Of a stretch of 64,000 nucleotides of DNA, positions 34,004 to 44,269 are shown one piece after another (within the stretch, counting starts at the first letter, position 1; each line of letters begins with the position of its first letter). The stretch is taken from contig CAVVPN010000012.1 in the NCBI GenBank assembly GCA_963750165.1, positions 1,152,001 to 1,216,000 on the forward strand, in the 5' to 3' direction. This DNA is from an uncultured Gemmataceae bacterium. Lineage in GTDB: Bacteria > Planctomycetota > Planctomycetia > Gemmatales > Gemmataceae. The notes under the pieces are model-generated. The model was not told the DNA's origin and ran no database searches. It was given only the letters and a program-made list of their open reading frames with translations. The position numbers and the translations under genes were made by a program.

Positions 34004-34897
34004 ATGCCGCCGCTACTGCATAGTCACGTCGAAGGCATCCCCTGCCGCCGCGGCAAGGTGCGCGACGTGTACGATCTGGGCGACCGCCTTGTCATCGTCG
34101 CCACCGATCGCATCAGTGCCTTCGACCACATCCTGCCGACCGGCATCCCCGACAAGGGCCGCATGCTCACCGGCCTGACGCGCTTCTGGCTGGACTTCCT
34201 GACCGTGTCGAATCACTTCCTTGGCGATTCGTTAGCGGACATGGGCCCGGCGTTCGCGGCCCAGGCGGAGGCGCTGCGCGGCCGGTCGATGCTGGTGCGC
34301 AAGACGGCGGTGGTGCCGATCGAGTGCGTGGTGCGCGGCTACCTGGCCGGCTCGGGCTGGAAGGAGTATCGGCAGACGGGCCGCGTCTGTGGCGTGGAAT
34401 TGCCGGCGGGGCTGCGTGAGGCCCAGCAGTTGCCGGAGCCGATTTTCACGCCGGCGACCAAGGCGGAGAGCGGCCACGACGAGAACATCACCGTCGCGGA
34501 GATGGCCCACGCGGTCGGCACCGAGGCGACGACCGAGCTGGAGCGGCGCAGCCTCGACCTGTACCGCCGCGCCGCGGAGCACGCGCGCCGGTGTGGCATC
34601 ATTCTGGCCGACACGAAGTTCGAGTGGGGCCGGCTACCGGGCGGTGAACTGATCCTGATTGACGAGGTGCTGACGCCGGACAGCTCGCGCTTCTGGCCGG
34701 AGGACCAGTACCGGGTGGGCGGCAGTCCGCCGTCGTTCGACAAGCAATTCGTGCGCGACTGGCTGGAGAGCGTGGGCTGGGACAAGAACAGTCCGCCGCC
34801 GCCGCTGCCCGCGGAGGTGGTGGAGCGGACGCGGCAGAAGTACGCCGAGGCGTTCGCGCGGCTGACGGGACGGGAGTTTCAAGGGGGGGCCGCATGA
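34004..34897 (+). CDS. purC: SAICAR synthetase
   Basis: [46 protein letters not shown] and [11 protein letters not shown]. Confidence 0.96.
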   Translation: MPPLLHSHVEGIPCRRGKVRDVYDLGDRLVIVATDRISAFDHILPTGIPDKGRMLTGLTRFWLDFLTVSNHFLGDSLADMGPAFAAQAEALRGRSMLVRKTAVVPIECVVRGYLAGSGWKEYRQTGRVCGVELPAGLREAQQLPEPIFTPATKAESGHDENITVAEMAHAVGTEATTELERRSLDLYRRAAEHARRCGIILADTKFEWGRLPGGELILIDEVLTPDSSRFWPEDQYRVGGSPPSFDKQFVRDWLESVGWDKNSPPPPLPAEVVERTRQKYAEAFARLTGREFQGGAA

Positions 34898-35319
34898 CCG
34901 AGGGACACCATCCGCCGCGGGGCGGCGGCCTGGCCAGGGGCCTCGCCGGCTTTGTGGCCGGCGCCTTCCTCGGCGCCGTGCTGGGAGTCGTGACCGCTGC
35001 GGCGTATGCGTCGCCGGGCGACCCGGAAAACCTGCTGGCCGATGAGCGGTCCATGACGGCCTTCACTGCCGGCGTGTCCTGGGGAGCGATCGGCGGCGGC
35101 TTGATCGGCCTGATCCTGGGGGCGATCGGTGCGGGGGTTCGCGGCTTCCTGGTTGCCGGTGCCGGCCCGACCCTGGCCCTGGCGGCGAGCTGGTTCACGC
35201 GGGAAGCGCTCGGGGAGGACAGTTTCTTGCGGGCCCTGCAATTCTGCCTGGTCGGAGCAGTCATCGGCCTCATCGCCGCGCTGGTGCTGCACGCCTATTT
35301 CAATCCCGACCGAGTTTAA
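34894..35319 (+). CDS. Gly-rich membrane protein
   Basis: ATGA overlap with purC; four hydrophobic helices. Confidence 0.6.
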   Translation: MTEGHHPPRGGGLARGLAGFVAGAFLGAVLGVVTAAAYASPGDPENLLADERSMTAFTAGVSWGAIGGGLIGLILGAIGAGVRGFLVAGAGPTLALAASWFTREALGEDSFLRALQFCLVGAVIGLIAALVLHAYFNPDRV

Positions 35320-35344
35320 TCGCGGTTCCCTGGCAGGCACTGGC

Positions 35345-36705
35345 TTATTCGTTCGGCGCCGGCTTCTGCCGCTTCAACTTCAGAAGCATGTTCCCACCTT
35401 TTCTGTCGCCGCGATTGTTGCTGCTGAACGCGACAGGCCGCCCGCCGTCGGCGCCGATCAGACAAACGGTAAGCTCGTCCCCGTCCTGTTTGTAAATCCC
35501 CTGCAGGACCGTCCGCTTCCCGGCGGTCTGCGTCACTACGTCCAGGTGGGCCGGGCTCCTCGTCGGGTCGATGGTGAAGCGCACCACATCCTCCCGGGTG
35601 CCGTCCTTGGTGTTCGTGAATGTCCGTGTGATCTTCCCGTCCGCGATGTCCCAGACGCAATCCCCCGCGACCTGCTCCGGCAAGAACCGGTCCGTGGTCT
35701 CCACGTACACCACCCGCCAGGTTCCCTTCAGGGTTGCCAGGGCGGCGTCCAGTCGCTGCCGGTTTTCCGCCTGCTTCGGGGCCGGTTTGTCCTGCTGCGC
35801 GGCCGGCAGTCGCTTCAACTTGATGACCGGATCGGGCTGCCGTGCCGTCGTGCCGCCTTGCATCAGCACACTGCCGCAGCCGAGCACCGCCAGCAGCAAC
35901 AGCGTCGCGACCTTCAGCCTGGTCAGTAACATGGCTTTCAGCACTCCATCTGTAAGGGCGATCACCCTGGCCCCGAGAACCCCGGAAGCCGCCCCGGTGG
36001 CGAACAGGTGCGCCGCCCGGCTCGTCGATGCCACCAGGGACAACGGCACACCGGCCGTGGCCACGTTCGCAGACAACACGGTCGCGATGCCGGCGCCCGA
36101 GACGGGCAAGCCGTGACGGGCCAGCCGCCGGCCGAGCAGCGCCCGCCCGCGCCAGCCGGGTGCCGATGGTCCCCACCGGTGCGCCCGAGCTGCCGCGCCG
36201 CTTCCTTGATCGACTTGCCCTCCAGGTCGCACAGGACGATGGGGGCGCGGTATCGGTCAGGCAGGGCTTGCAACTCCTGGTCGAGGACCGTTTCCAGTTG
36301 CCGCCAGACCTCCGGGGGCGTTTCCGGCTTCGGCCGCGTCCCCGCGGTCTTCTCCTTCACCCGTCGTTTGCTTCGCATGGCCTTCGCCTTCAGCGCCGTG
36401 GTGCGGGCCACCCCGTACAGCCAGTTGCCGACCAGGGTCCGGGGCCGGATGGTGCCGGCCTTGCGCACCAGCACCAGGAACGTGGCCTGGAAGGCGTCCT
36501 CCGCGTCGGCCTCGTGGCGGAGCGTGCGCCGGCACACCCCCAGGACCATGGGTGCGTGCCGGCGCAGCAGCGCCTCAAAGGCGGACTCGTCGCGCCGGGC
36601 GATGAAGCACTCCAGCAATTCGCCGTCCGTGAGGCCGGCAACTTCCTGGCGGCGGCAGACCCGGCGCAGATTGTCCAGGACGGCGTCAAACGTGTTGGTT
36701 GCCAT
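35345..36705 (-). CDS. ECF sigma-70 factor with TM and C-terminal TIGR03067-like domain (frameshift near 36180)
   Basis: DGELLECF, DAEDAFQATFLVL and LPDRYRAPIVLCDLEG; C-terminal LKGTWRVV..IDPTRSPAHLD..GIYKQDGDELTVC. Confidence 0.85.
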
Positions 36706-36881
36706 CGTGATCGCCCGTGGAACTCGAGTTCTACCCTTCCATCTCCCGGACGCCGCGATTTTTTTCACCCCTTTCTTGTGAAAGATGGTGAAGAGGTGAG
36801 ATGAAAAGATGGCTTCCGGATGATAAAGCTATGGTAGCAACGCACTCACCTGGCGTTGCGGAAAGGAAGGTTCCCGGCTCC

Positions 36882-37703
36882 ATGACCACCCCGCTGCGCC
36901 TGCTCATCATCGGCGCCCACCCCGACGACGCCGACTTCGCCGCCGGCGGCACCGCGGCGCTGTACCGTGCCGCCGGCCACGCCGTCAAGTTCGTCAGCCT
37001 GACCAACGGCGACGCTGGCCATCACCTGCACCCCGGCCCCGCGCTGGCCCGGCGGCGGCGCGGCGAGGCGAGCGCGGCGGCGGCCGTCATCGGCGCGACC
37101 TATGACATCTTCGACAGCCACGATGGCCAGCTGCTGCCGACACTGGAGAATCGGCTGGCGGTGATCCGCCTGATCCGCACGTTTCAACCGGACATGCTGC
37201 TGACGCACCGGCCCAACGACTATCACCCCGACCACCGCTACACCAGCCAGCTCGTACAGGACGCCGCTTACATGGTCACGGTGCCGGCCCTGGCGCCGGA
37301 GACGCCGCACCTGCAGCGCGACCCCGTGATCGCGTACCTGCCGGACGACTTCCAGAAACCGTATCCGTTGCAGCCGGATGTGGTCGTGGACGTGGGCGGC
37401 GTCTTCGACTTCATCGTGGACATGCTGGACTGTCACGTGTCGCAGTTCTACGAGTGGCTGCCGTACAACGGCAAGCACATCGACCAGGTACCGGCCGACG
37501 CCCGCGCCCGCCGTGACTGGCTGGCGGAGCACACGCGGCGGCGGCTGCAGGCGCGCGCCGACAGATACCGCCACGCCCTGCTGCAGCGCTACGGGATGCG
37601 CCGCGGCGCCGACGTGCAGTTCGCCGAGGTGTTCGAGGCTTGCGAGTACGGCGCCCCGCTGGACGCGGCGGCGCGCGAACGGTTGTTCGGCTTCCTGGGA
37701 TAA
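36882..37703 (+). CDS. PIG-L/LmbE family deacetylase
   Basis: GAHPDD, TNGDAG, YHPDH and CHVSQF motifs. Confidence 0.9.
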   Translation: MTTPLRLLIIGAHPDDADFAAGGTAALYRAAGHAVKFVSLTNGDAGHHLHPGPALARRRRGEASAAAAVIGATYDIFDSHDGQLLPTLENRLAVIRLIRTFQPDMLLTHRPNDYHPDHRYTSQLVQDAAYMVTVPALAPETPHLQRDPVIAYLPDDFQKPYPLQPDVVVDVGGVFDFIVDMLDCHVSQFYEWLPYNGKHIDQVPADARARRDWLAEHTRRRLQARADRYRHALLQRYGMRRGADVQFAEVFEACEYGAPLDAAARERLFGFLG

Positions 37704-38867
37704 ATGCACAAACCGACTCCGAAACCCTGGCGCCGGTGGCTGGAGGATGCGTGGCACCTGCTGGTCCTGATTCGGCACCGCCGCATCCTGCGCATGACCC
37801 TGGTGCCAATCCTGCTCGTGGCCGTCGGCACCACCGGCTACTGCGTCATTGACGAGCGCTACACGTTCCTGGACGCGCTGTACATGACGGTCATCACGTT
37901 GGCCACGATCGGCTACGGCGAGGTGCATCCGTTGACGGATTCCGGCCGCGTCTTCACGATTTTCCTGATCCTGGGCGGCGTGTTTGTGTTTTTCTACTCC
38001 TTCACCGAGTTGATCCGCACCGTCGTCAGCGGCGAACTGCGGCAGCAGTTGGGGAGACAGCGGATGAAGCGGGAGCTGGCGGCGCTGGACGGGCACTTCA
38101 TCGTCTGCGGTTACGGCCGCATGGGGCGGCAGGTCTGCCAGGAGTTTTCCCGGCAGGGCATGCCGTTCGTCATCATCGACCGGCACCCGGAGGTGCTGGA
38201 GGGGTTCGACCTGGCGCACGGCATTCCGCTACCGGGCGACGCCTCCTCCGACGAGTTGCTGCGCCATGCCGGCATCGAGCGGGCGCGGGCGCTGGTCACG
38301 GTCATGAGTTCCGACGCCGCGAACCTGTACACGACCATGAGCGCCCGGCTGCTGAACAGGCATCTGTTCATCGTGGCCCGTGTGGAGGACCCGCACTCGG
38401 AACAGAAGCTGAAACGGGCCGGGGCCAACCGTGTGGTGTCGCCGTACCAGATCGGCGGCCTGCGGCTGGCGCACGCGGTGCTGCGGCCAACGGTGGTGGA
38501 CTTCATCGAACTGGCGACGCGCACGGAGCACTTCGAGTTGCAAATGGAGGAGGCGCGCGTGCAGGCCGGCAGTCCGCTGGACGGCAGCCAGTTGAAGGAT
38601 GGCCGGCTGCGGAACGAGCTGAAGGTGATGGTGATCGCGGTCAAGAAGCACAGCGGCGAGATGCTGTTCAACCCGGAGCCGGACGTGGTAATCGAGGCGG
38701 GCGACACGCTGGTGGTGCTGGGGCGGCGCGAGCAGCTGGGGCAGCTGGAGGCGCTGGCGGCAGCGCCGGGGCGTAGCGCCGCCAGCGACTTGCGGCCGGA
38801 GGTCTGCGGGTTGGGGAAGCTGCTTGCGTTTTCTGACCCGTGCTGTACTGTGAGAAAAGGTTGTTGA
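37704..38867 (+). CDS. RCK-gated potassium channel (2TM pore + TrkA_N + TrkA_C)
   Basis: TIGYG selectivity filter and CGYGRMG Rossmann motif; the last ~30 aa may be read-through past the true end. Confidence 0.9.
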   Translation: MHKPTPKPWRRWLEDAWHLLVLIRHRRILRMTLVPILLVAVGTTGYCVIDERYTFLDALYMTVITLATIGYGEVHPLTDSGRVFTIFLILGGVFVFFYSFTELIRTVVSGELRQQLGRQRMKRELAALDGHFIVCGYGRMGRQVCQEFSRQGMPFVIIDRHPEVLEGFDLAHGIPLPGDASSDELLRHAGIERARALVTVMSSDAANLYTTMSARLLNRHLFIVARVEDPHSEQKLKRAGANRVVSPYQIGGLRLAHAVLRPTVVDFIELATRTEHFELQMEEARVQAGSPLDGSQLKDGRLRNELKVMVIAVKKHSGEMLFNPEPDVVIEAGDTLVVLGRREQLGQLEALAAAPGRSAASDLRPEVCGLGKLLAFSDPCCTVRKGC

Positions 38868-39069
38868 TAGCAAAACCAGAGCCGTAATAGCGAAAAGTAG
38901 CCCGGTGACAGCGACAAGAAAGATCGTCATAGCGATACGAAGCAGTTGCAGGTGACTTTCCGCTATTCCAATAGTTCGGCGGCGGCCTGTCCTGGCGAAT
39001 CACCGCCTGGCCGCAAAGTCCGTACGGTTATCGTTGCACACCGTCACGACTCGCATGAGGTCCCAACGC

Positions 39070-42000
39070 ATGAACGACGCCACGTTCAGCCACGAACTCC
39101 CGAACGCCCCGGCCGACGACGCCGCGCCCGTGGTGCCCGGCTACGAACTCGGCGACCTCATCGGCCGCGGCGGCATGGGCGACGTCTACCGCGCCCGCGA
39201 CCTCGAGATGGACCGCGAGGTGGCCGTCAAGGTCCTGCAAGACCGCTACCCCGTCGGCTCGCCCACGGCGGCCCGCTTCGTGGCAGAGGCCAGGATCACC
39301 GGCCAGTTGCAGCACCCCGGCATCCCGGCGGTCTACCGCGTCGCCGCGCTCGCCGACGGCCGGCCGTTCCTGGCGATGAAGCTCATCAAGGGCCGGACGC
39401 TCGACGAACTGGTGCGGGCGAACGCCCCCCTCAACCACCTCGCCGTGATCGAGGCGGTGGCCCAGGCGCTCGGCTACGCCCACGCCCACGACGTCATCCA
39501 CCGCGACCTCAAGCCGCACAACGTCATGGTCGGGCCGTTCGGCGAAGTGCAACTGATGGACTGGGGCCTGGCGAAGGTGCTCACGGCGCGCCAGGAGGGT
39601 GCGCCACCGGAGAATGACCCCGAGGCGACGACGGCCCCCACCGCGATCCGCACGGGCCGCGGCAGCGACCACACGCAGCCCGGCAGCGTGCTGGGCACGC
39701 CGGCGTACATGGCGCCCGAGCAGGCCGCCGGCGAGACCCACCGCGTCGGCCGGGCGTCGGACGTGTTCGGCCTGGGGGCGCTCTGGTGCAAGCTGCTCAC
39801 CGGTCAGCCGCCGTTCACCGGGGCCGATGCCGAGAGCGTCCGCCGCAAGGCGCTGCGCGGCCAGACGGGGGAGGCCCTGGCCCGGCTCGCGGCCTGCGGG
39901 GCCGAGCCTGAAGTGGTGGCGCTGTGCCGGCGATGCCTGGCGGTGGAGCCGGAGGACCGGCCGGCGGACGCCAACGAGGTGGCCCGGCGGGTGGCGGACT
40001 TGCGGGTCGCGGCCGAGGAGCGGGCCAGGCAGGCGGAGCTGGACCGGGCCCGGGCGGCGGTGCAGGCGGCGGAGCAGGCCAGGCGGCGGCGGACGGTGCA
40101 ACGGGCCGGGGCGGTCGTGGCGGCGGTGCTGCTGGTGGGCCTGGCCGGCACCGGCTACGGGCTGTACCGCGCCAACGAGGAGCGGCTGGCGGCCCGGGAG
40201 GCGGAGCGGATCGCTGATGAAGAGCGGGACACCGCCCGGGCGGCGGAGCGGATCGCCGAAAAAGAGCGGGTTGCCGCCCGGGCGGCGGAAGGAGACGCGG
40301 ACAGGAAGCGTATCCGGGCCGAGGGAGCGGAGCAGAAGGAAACGGCGGCGCGGCAGCGCGCCGAGGAGGCGTCGGAGCAGACGCTGGCGGCGCTGGACGT
40401 GCTCGTGACCGAGATCGCGGGGGAGTCGCTGGCCTCGCAGCCAGGGATCACCGCGGACCAGAAGGCGTTCCTGACGCAGGTGCTGCCGGTCTACCGCAAG
40501 TTCGCCAGCCACAAGGGGGACGACGAGCGAACGCGACACCGGATTGCCCGCACGGCCCATCGCGTGGGCGTGATCGAGTATCGCCTGGGTCGCATGGAGG
40601 AAAGTCGGGCCGCGTTCGAGGAGGCCCGAGCCGCGCATGCCGGCCTGGTGGCCGAGTACCCCGCCGTGCCCAAGTACCGCCAGGGGTTGGCCGCGAGCCA
40701 TAACAACCTGGGGCTTCTGCTGTGTGACCTCGGGGACCGGGCGGCGGCGCGGGCGGAGTACAGCAAGGCGCTGGCGCTCCTGGAGAAGCTGGCGGCCGAG
40801 TACCCCGCTGAGCCCGCCTACCGCCAGGACTTGGCCGCGAGCCACAACAACCTGGGGATTGTGCTGCATGACCTCGGGGACCGGGCGGCGGCGCGGGCGG
40901 AGTTCGGCAAGGCGCTGGCGATTCAGGAGAAGCTGGCGGCCGAATACCCCGCCGTGCCCGCCTGCCGCCAGGAGTTGGCCAGGAGCCACAACAACCTGGG
41001 GATTGTGCTGCGTGACCTCGGGGAACGGGCGGCGGCGCGGGCGGAGTACGCCAAGGCGGTGCCGCTCCTGGAGAAGCTGGCGGCCGAGTACCCCGTCGTG
41101 CCCGCCTACCGCCAGGAACTGGCCGGTAGCCACTACAACCTGGGGAATCTGCTGCGTGACCTCGGGGAACGGGCGGCGGCGCGGGCGGAGTACGCCAAGG
41201 CGGTGCCGCTCCTGGAGAAGCTGGCGGCCGAGTACCCCGCCGTGCCCAAGTACCGCCAGGAGTTGGCCAGGAGCCATAACAGCCTGGGGGTTCTGTTGCG
41301 TGACCTCGGGGAACGGGCGGCGGCGCGGGCGGAGTACGCCAAGGCGGTGCCGCTCCTGGAGAAGCTGGCGGCCGACTTCCCCGAATTGGCCGCCTACCGC
41401 CAGGAGTTGGCCGTGAGCCACTACAACCTGGGGCTTCTGCTGCTGGTTGACCTCGGGGACCGGCCGGCGGCGCGGGCGGAGTACGCCAAGGCGCTGGCGC
41501 TCCGGGAGAAGCTGGCGGCCGAGTACCCCGCCGTGCCCAAGTACCGCCAGTACTTGGCCAGTAGCCACTACAGCCTGGGGGCTCTGCTGCGTGACCTCGG
41601 GGACCGGCCGGCGGCCCGGGCGGAGTTCGGCAAGGCGGTGGCGCTCCAGGAGAAGCTGGCGGCTGAGTACCCCGCCGTACCGGATTACCGCCAGACGTTG
41701 GCCTCGATCCACTACAACCTGGGGAATCTGCTGCGTGACCTCGGGAACCGGCCGGCGGCGGGGGCGGAGTACGCCAAGGCGGTGAGGCTCCTGGAGAAGC
41801 TTGCGGCCGAGTACCCCGCCGTGCCCAAGTACCGCCAGGAGTTGGCCAGGAGCCATAACAACCTGGGGATTGTGCTGAGCGAACTCGGGGAGCGGCCGGC
41901 GGCGCGAGCGGAGTACGGCAAGGCGCTGGCGCTCCGGGAGAAGCTGGTGGCCGACTTCCCCGCCGTGCCCGTGTACCGGGTGGAGCTTGGCGGCAACTAT

Positions 42001-42570
42001 TGCAATATCGGCGACCTCATGCGCGATGACGGCCAGGCGGACCAAAGCCTGGACTGGTTCGGCAAGGCGATCGCCGTCCTCCGGCCGGTCCACGACCGCG
42101 AACCGCGGGATGTCACGGCCCGACTGTTTCTGCGCAACAGCTTCTGGAACCGGGCACTCGCCCACAACGGCCTGGCGAAGTACGGCGCGGCGGTCGCCGA
42201 CTGGGACCAGGCGATTGCCTTGACGTCGAAAACCCAACAGCCCCCCTTGCGATTGGACCGGGCGCAGTCTCTCGTCCAGGTGGCAGGCAAGGTCGCCGAG
42301 GCCGTGGCCGAGGTCGAGGAGTTGGCGGCGCTGCCGACGAAGTGGCGGGCCGGCCAGTGGTACGACTTTGCCTGTGTGTATGCCCTGGCCGCGGCCAGGA
42401 GCGACGACAAGAAGGTCGCCTACGCCGACCGGGCGATGGAGCTGTTGCACAGGGCCGTGCAGGCGGGCTTCACGAACCGCGCCCACATGGAAATGGACAC
42501 CGACCTGGACGCGCTCCGCGCGCGCGCCGACTTCAAGAAGCTGATCGAGCGCTTGCCGAAGGCGAAGTAA
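39070..42570 (+). CDS. Ser/Thr protein kinase with TM and TPR array
   Basis: GRGGMG, VAVK, HRDLKPHN, DWGLAK and GTPAYMAPE motifs; TM; coiled coil; TPR repeats. Confidence 0.93.
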   Translation: MNDATFSHELPNAPADDAAPVVPGYELGDLIGRGGMGDVYRARDLEMDREVAVKVLQDRYPVGSPTAARFVAEARITGQLQHPGIPAVYRVAALADGRPFLAMKLIKGRTLDELVRANAPLNHLAVIEAVAQALGYAHAHDVIHRDLKPHNVMVGPFGEVQLMDWGLAKVLTARQEGAPPENDPEATTAPTAIRTGRGSDHTQPGSVLGTPAYMAPEQAAGETHRVGRASDVFGLGALWCKLLTGQPPFTGADAESVRRKALRGQTGEALARLAACGAEPEVVALCRRCLAVEPEDRPADANEVARRVADLRVAAEERARQAELDRARAAVQAAEQARRRRTVQRAGAVVAAVLLVGLAGTGYGLYRANEERLAAREAERIADEERDTARAAERIAEKERVAARAAEGDADRKRIRAEGAEQKETAARQRAEEASEQTLAALDVLVTEIAGESLASQPGITADQKAFLTQVLPVYRKFASHKGDDERTRHRIARTAHRVGVIEYRLGRMEESRAAFEEARAAHAGLVAEYPAVPKYRQGLAASHNNLGLLLCDLGDRAAARAEYSKALALLEKLAAEYPAEPAYRQDLAASHNNLGIVLHDLGDRAAARAEFGKALAIQEKLAAEYPAVPACRQELARSHNNLGIVLRDLGERAAARAEYAKAVPLLEKLAAEYPVVPAYRQELAGSHYNLGNLLRDLGERAAARAEYAKAVPLLEKLAAEYPAVPKYRQELARSHNSLGVLLRDLGERAAARAEYAKAVPLLEKLAADFPELAAYRQELAVSHYNLGLLLLVDLGDRPAARAEYAKALALREKLAAEYPAVPKYRQYLASSHYSLGALLRDLGDRPAARAEFGKAVALQEKLAAEYPAVPDYRQTLASIHYNLGNLLRDLGNRPAAGAEYAKAVRLLEKLAAEYPAVPKYRQELARSHNNLGIVLSELGERPAARAEYGKALALREKLVADFPAVPVYRVELGGNYCNIGDLMRDDGQADQSLDWFGKAIAVLRPVHDREPRDVTARLFLRNSFWNRALAHNGLAKYGAAVADWDQAIALTSKTQQPPLRLDRAQSLVQVAGKVAEAVAEVEELAALPTKWRAGQWYDFACVYALAAARSDDKKVAYADRAMELLHRAVQAGFTNRAHMEMDTDLDALRARADFKKLIERLPKAK
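40651..41990 (+). repeat. Nine 144-bp (48-aa) intragenic tandem TPR repeats plus a degenerate tenth
   Basis: Units start at 40651, 40795, 40939, 41083, 41227, 41371 (147 bp), 41518, 41662 and 41806. Confidence 0.9.
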
Positions 42571-42961
42571 CGGGGGATTCGCGCCGCCGCCACCGGTCCT
42601 GCCGGCCGCGTCCGCCGCCCGGGACGCCCCGCAAGCCGTCTCACTTTTTTATTCAGCCGCAAGCCGCGGCAAAGACCAGGGCCGTTCGCTGCTCCGCGTC
42701 GCGCCGAAGGCCAACGGGTGCCGGCCGCTGCCCGTGGTTGTCCGGGGTTCCGTGCGGGGCTCGCGTGGGCTTGGCGGCCTTGGCGGCCTTGCCCGGAGCG
42801 GCAATGGGAGGCGTTCGCCGGCGCGACGCGGCAGGTCCGTCCGGCGCGGCACGGGAGTCCCTTGGCGGCCTTGGCGGCCTTGCGAGGCCTGGCAACTGCC
42901 GGCACGCCCCCGCCCCGGCACCTGAAAGACAGGGAGAAAGGGGACATTCAAGTTTATTTTG

Positions 42962-43050
42962 GCCGAACCACCCACTGCACATGACGGGCCTTCCAGGGTC
43001 AAGCGGACAGTCCGAGTCGCGCGGGTCCGCACGTGAGCTAGGTGGTCGGC
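42962..43050 (+). other. attC-like integron cassette recombination site (degenerate, solitary)
   Basis: GCCGAAC-cacccaCTGCACatgacgggcc...ggtccgcacGTGAGctaggt-GGTCGGC; R''/L''/L'/R' layout with a bulged G. Confidence 0.45.
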
Positions 43051-43143
43051 GAAGCTGCCGCAGGCTGTATTCCTCCGAACTGGCATGATGAGCAGGAGCG
43101 AGGTGTGGGTTCTGCAAGTCAATCAGCAAGGAGGTCTCTGGTG

Positions 43144-43347
43144 ATGTCCCTAACTGAATTGCGGCCCGCTGTGCGGGCACTCCCCCGTCGCGACGAGTTC
43201 CTGCTCGTCCAGGAACTCATTGCTGAACTGGCCCAGGAAGACGGCGTCACCGCCATCGAGTATCCAGTCTGGTCTCCCCATGACGCTCACGCCGCTGCCG
43301 CCACGCTCCTGCAACTACTGGAACAGGAGAAAGCGAGCAACCCATGA
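43144..43347 (+). CDS. Small antitoxin-like protein
   Basis: RBS aggagg; MSLTELRPAVRALPRRDEFLLVQELIAELA...YPVWSPHDA. Confidence 0.55.
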   Translation: MSLTELRPAVRALPRRDEFLLVQELIAELAQEDGVTAIEYPVWSPHDAHAAAATLLQLLEQEKASNP

Positions 43348-43406
43348 GCGAGGTGGCCCGGTTTCCTTTTGCAGACGCCAAACCCGGTCCACCCGGAAGT
43401 AGCTAA
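43344..43406 (+). pseudogene. Truncated partner gene of the antitoxin-like ORF
   Basis: ATGA-coupled MSEVARFPFADAKPGPPGSS*, ending just before a REP hairpin. Confidence 0.35.
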
Positions 43407-43412
43407 GCGCTA

Positions 43413-43498
43413 GACGGAGACGGCGAGCGACGCGGCGTCAGCCCGCCGGTGCTTCGCAGGACCGGCGGGCTGACGCCGCGTCGCTCGCCGTCTCCGTC
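43413..43498. repeat. REP-like palindrome family A (long perfect stem)
   Basis: gacggagacggcgagcgacgcggcgtcagcccgccggt...accggcgggctgacgccgcgtcgctcgccgtctccgtc. Confidence 0.75.
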
Positions 43499-43568
43499 AA
43501 CCTGAGAGGTTTTCTCCGGAGCAACCCTGACCCCGTTTCCTCTCCGCCACGCCAGGGAAGCCCCCGGA

Positions 43569-44132
43569 TCACTTCTTCAACCCGGCGGCCGCCTTGAGCA
43601 GTTCCGCAGTCGTGTGCCGCCGGGCGTAGCCGTCCACGAACAGTTTGGCGCGGAGGACGCCGGCGCGGTCCACGACCAGCGTCCCCGGGTAGGGGACGCC
43701 CGCGGCCTTGCCCTTCGCCTCCTTGTTGAGCAGCTCATAGGCCCGGATCACCTTGCTGTCGGGGTCCGACAGCAGCGGGAACGTGATCTTCTTCCGGGCG
43801 GCGAAGGCGGCCAGCTCCGCGACGGAGTCGTAGCTGACGCCGACCACCTGCACGCCGGCGTCCGCGAACTGTTTGAGGTCCTTTTGCAACTGAACCAGTT
43901 GCACCTGGCAGAACGGTCACCAGTTGGCCGAGCGGTAGAACACCAGCGCGACGTTGCCCTGCTTGAGCAGGTCCGCCAGCGATCGGTCCTTGCCGGCCTG
44001 GTCCTTGAGCGTGAAGGCCGGGGCCTTCGCGCCGACTTTCAGGCCGGTCTTGTCGGCCGGCGGTTGGCCCGCCCCCGCCGCGACGGCCAGCCCGGCCAGC
44101 AGGCCGAGCCCGAGTCCCACGGTCCGTGTCAT
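43569..44132 (-). CDS. Secreted AhpC/TSA peroxiredoxin-like selenoprotein (Sec codon at 43917-43919)
   Basis: ORFs 43917..44132 and 43569..43904 are in the same frame and read VFYRSANW-UGA-PFCQVQLVQLQ (UxxC); KAPAFTLKDQ, GVSYDS and FPLLSD motifs. Confidence 0.85.
43885..43903 (-). promoter_or_regulatory. Putative bacterial SECIS hairpin
   Basis: mRNA: UGA + 13 nt + UGCAACUG-GUU-CAGUUGCA, an 8-bp perfect stem with a GU-containing apical loop. Confidence 0.65.
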
Positions 44133-44269
44133 TGGTTTGCCCTCCGAAGGATGTGCCCCGGGCGGCGGTGTTCCGGGACCGCGCCGCCCCTGATCTGATT
44201 AAATGAAATGCAGCGGGGCAAGCCAACGACCTGGTTCGGTGCTGGGATTCCTGGCCGGGCGCTAAACCG

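Noticed and set aside
40651..41990. Tandem repeats as a CRISPR array or DGR
   Set aside because: They are in-frame 144-bp coding repeats with no unique spacers, and there are no cas or RT genes.
39028..42486. Long antisense ORFs (e.g. 39028..42486-, 19493..21988+, 52923..55001+, 31823..33793+)
   Set aside because: Shadow ORFs of high-GC genes on the opposite strand, with no motifs and biased composition.
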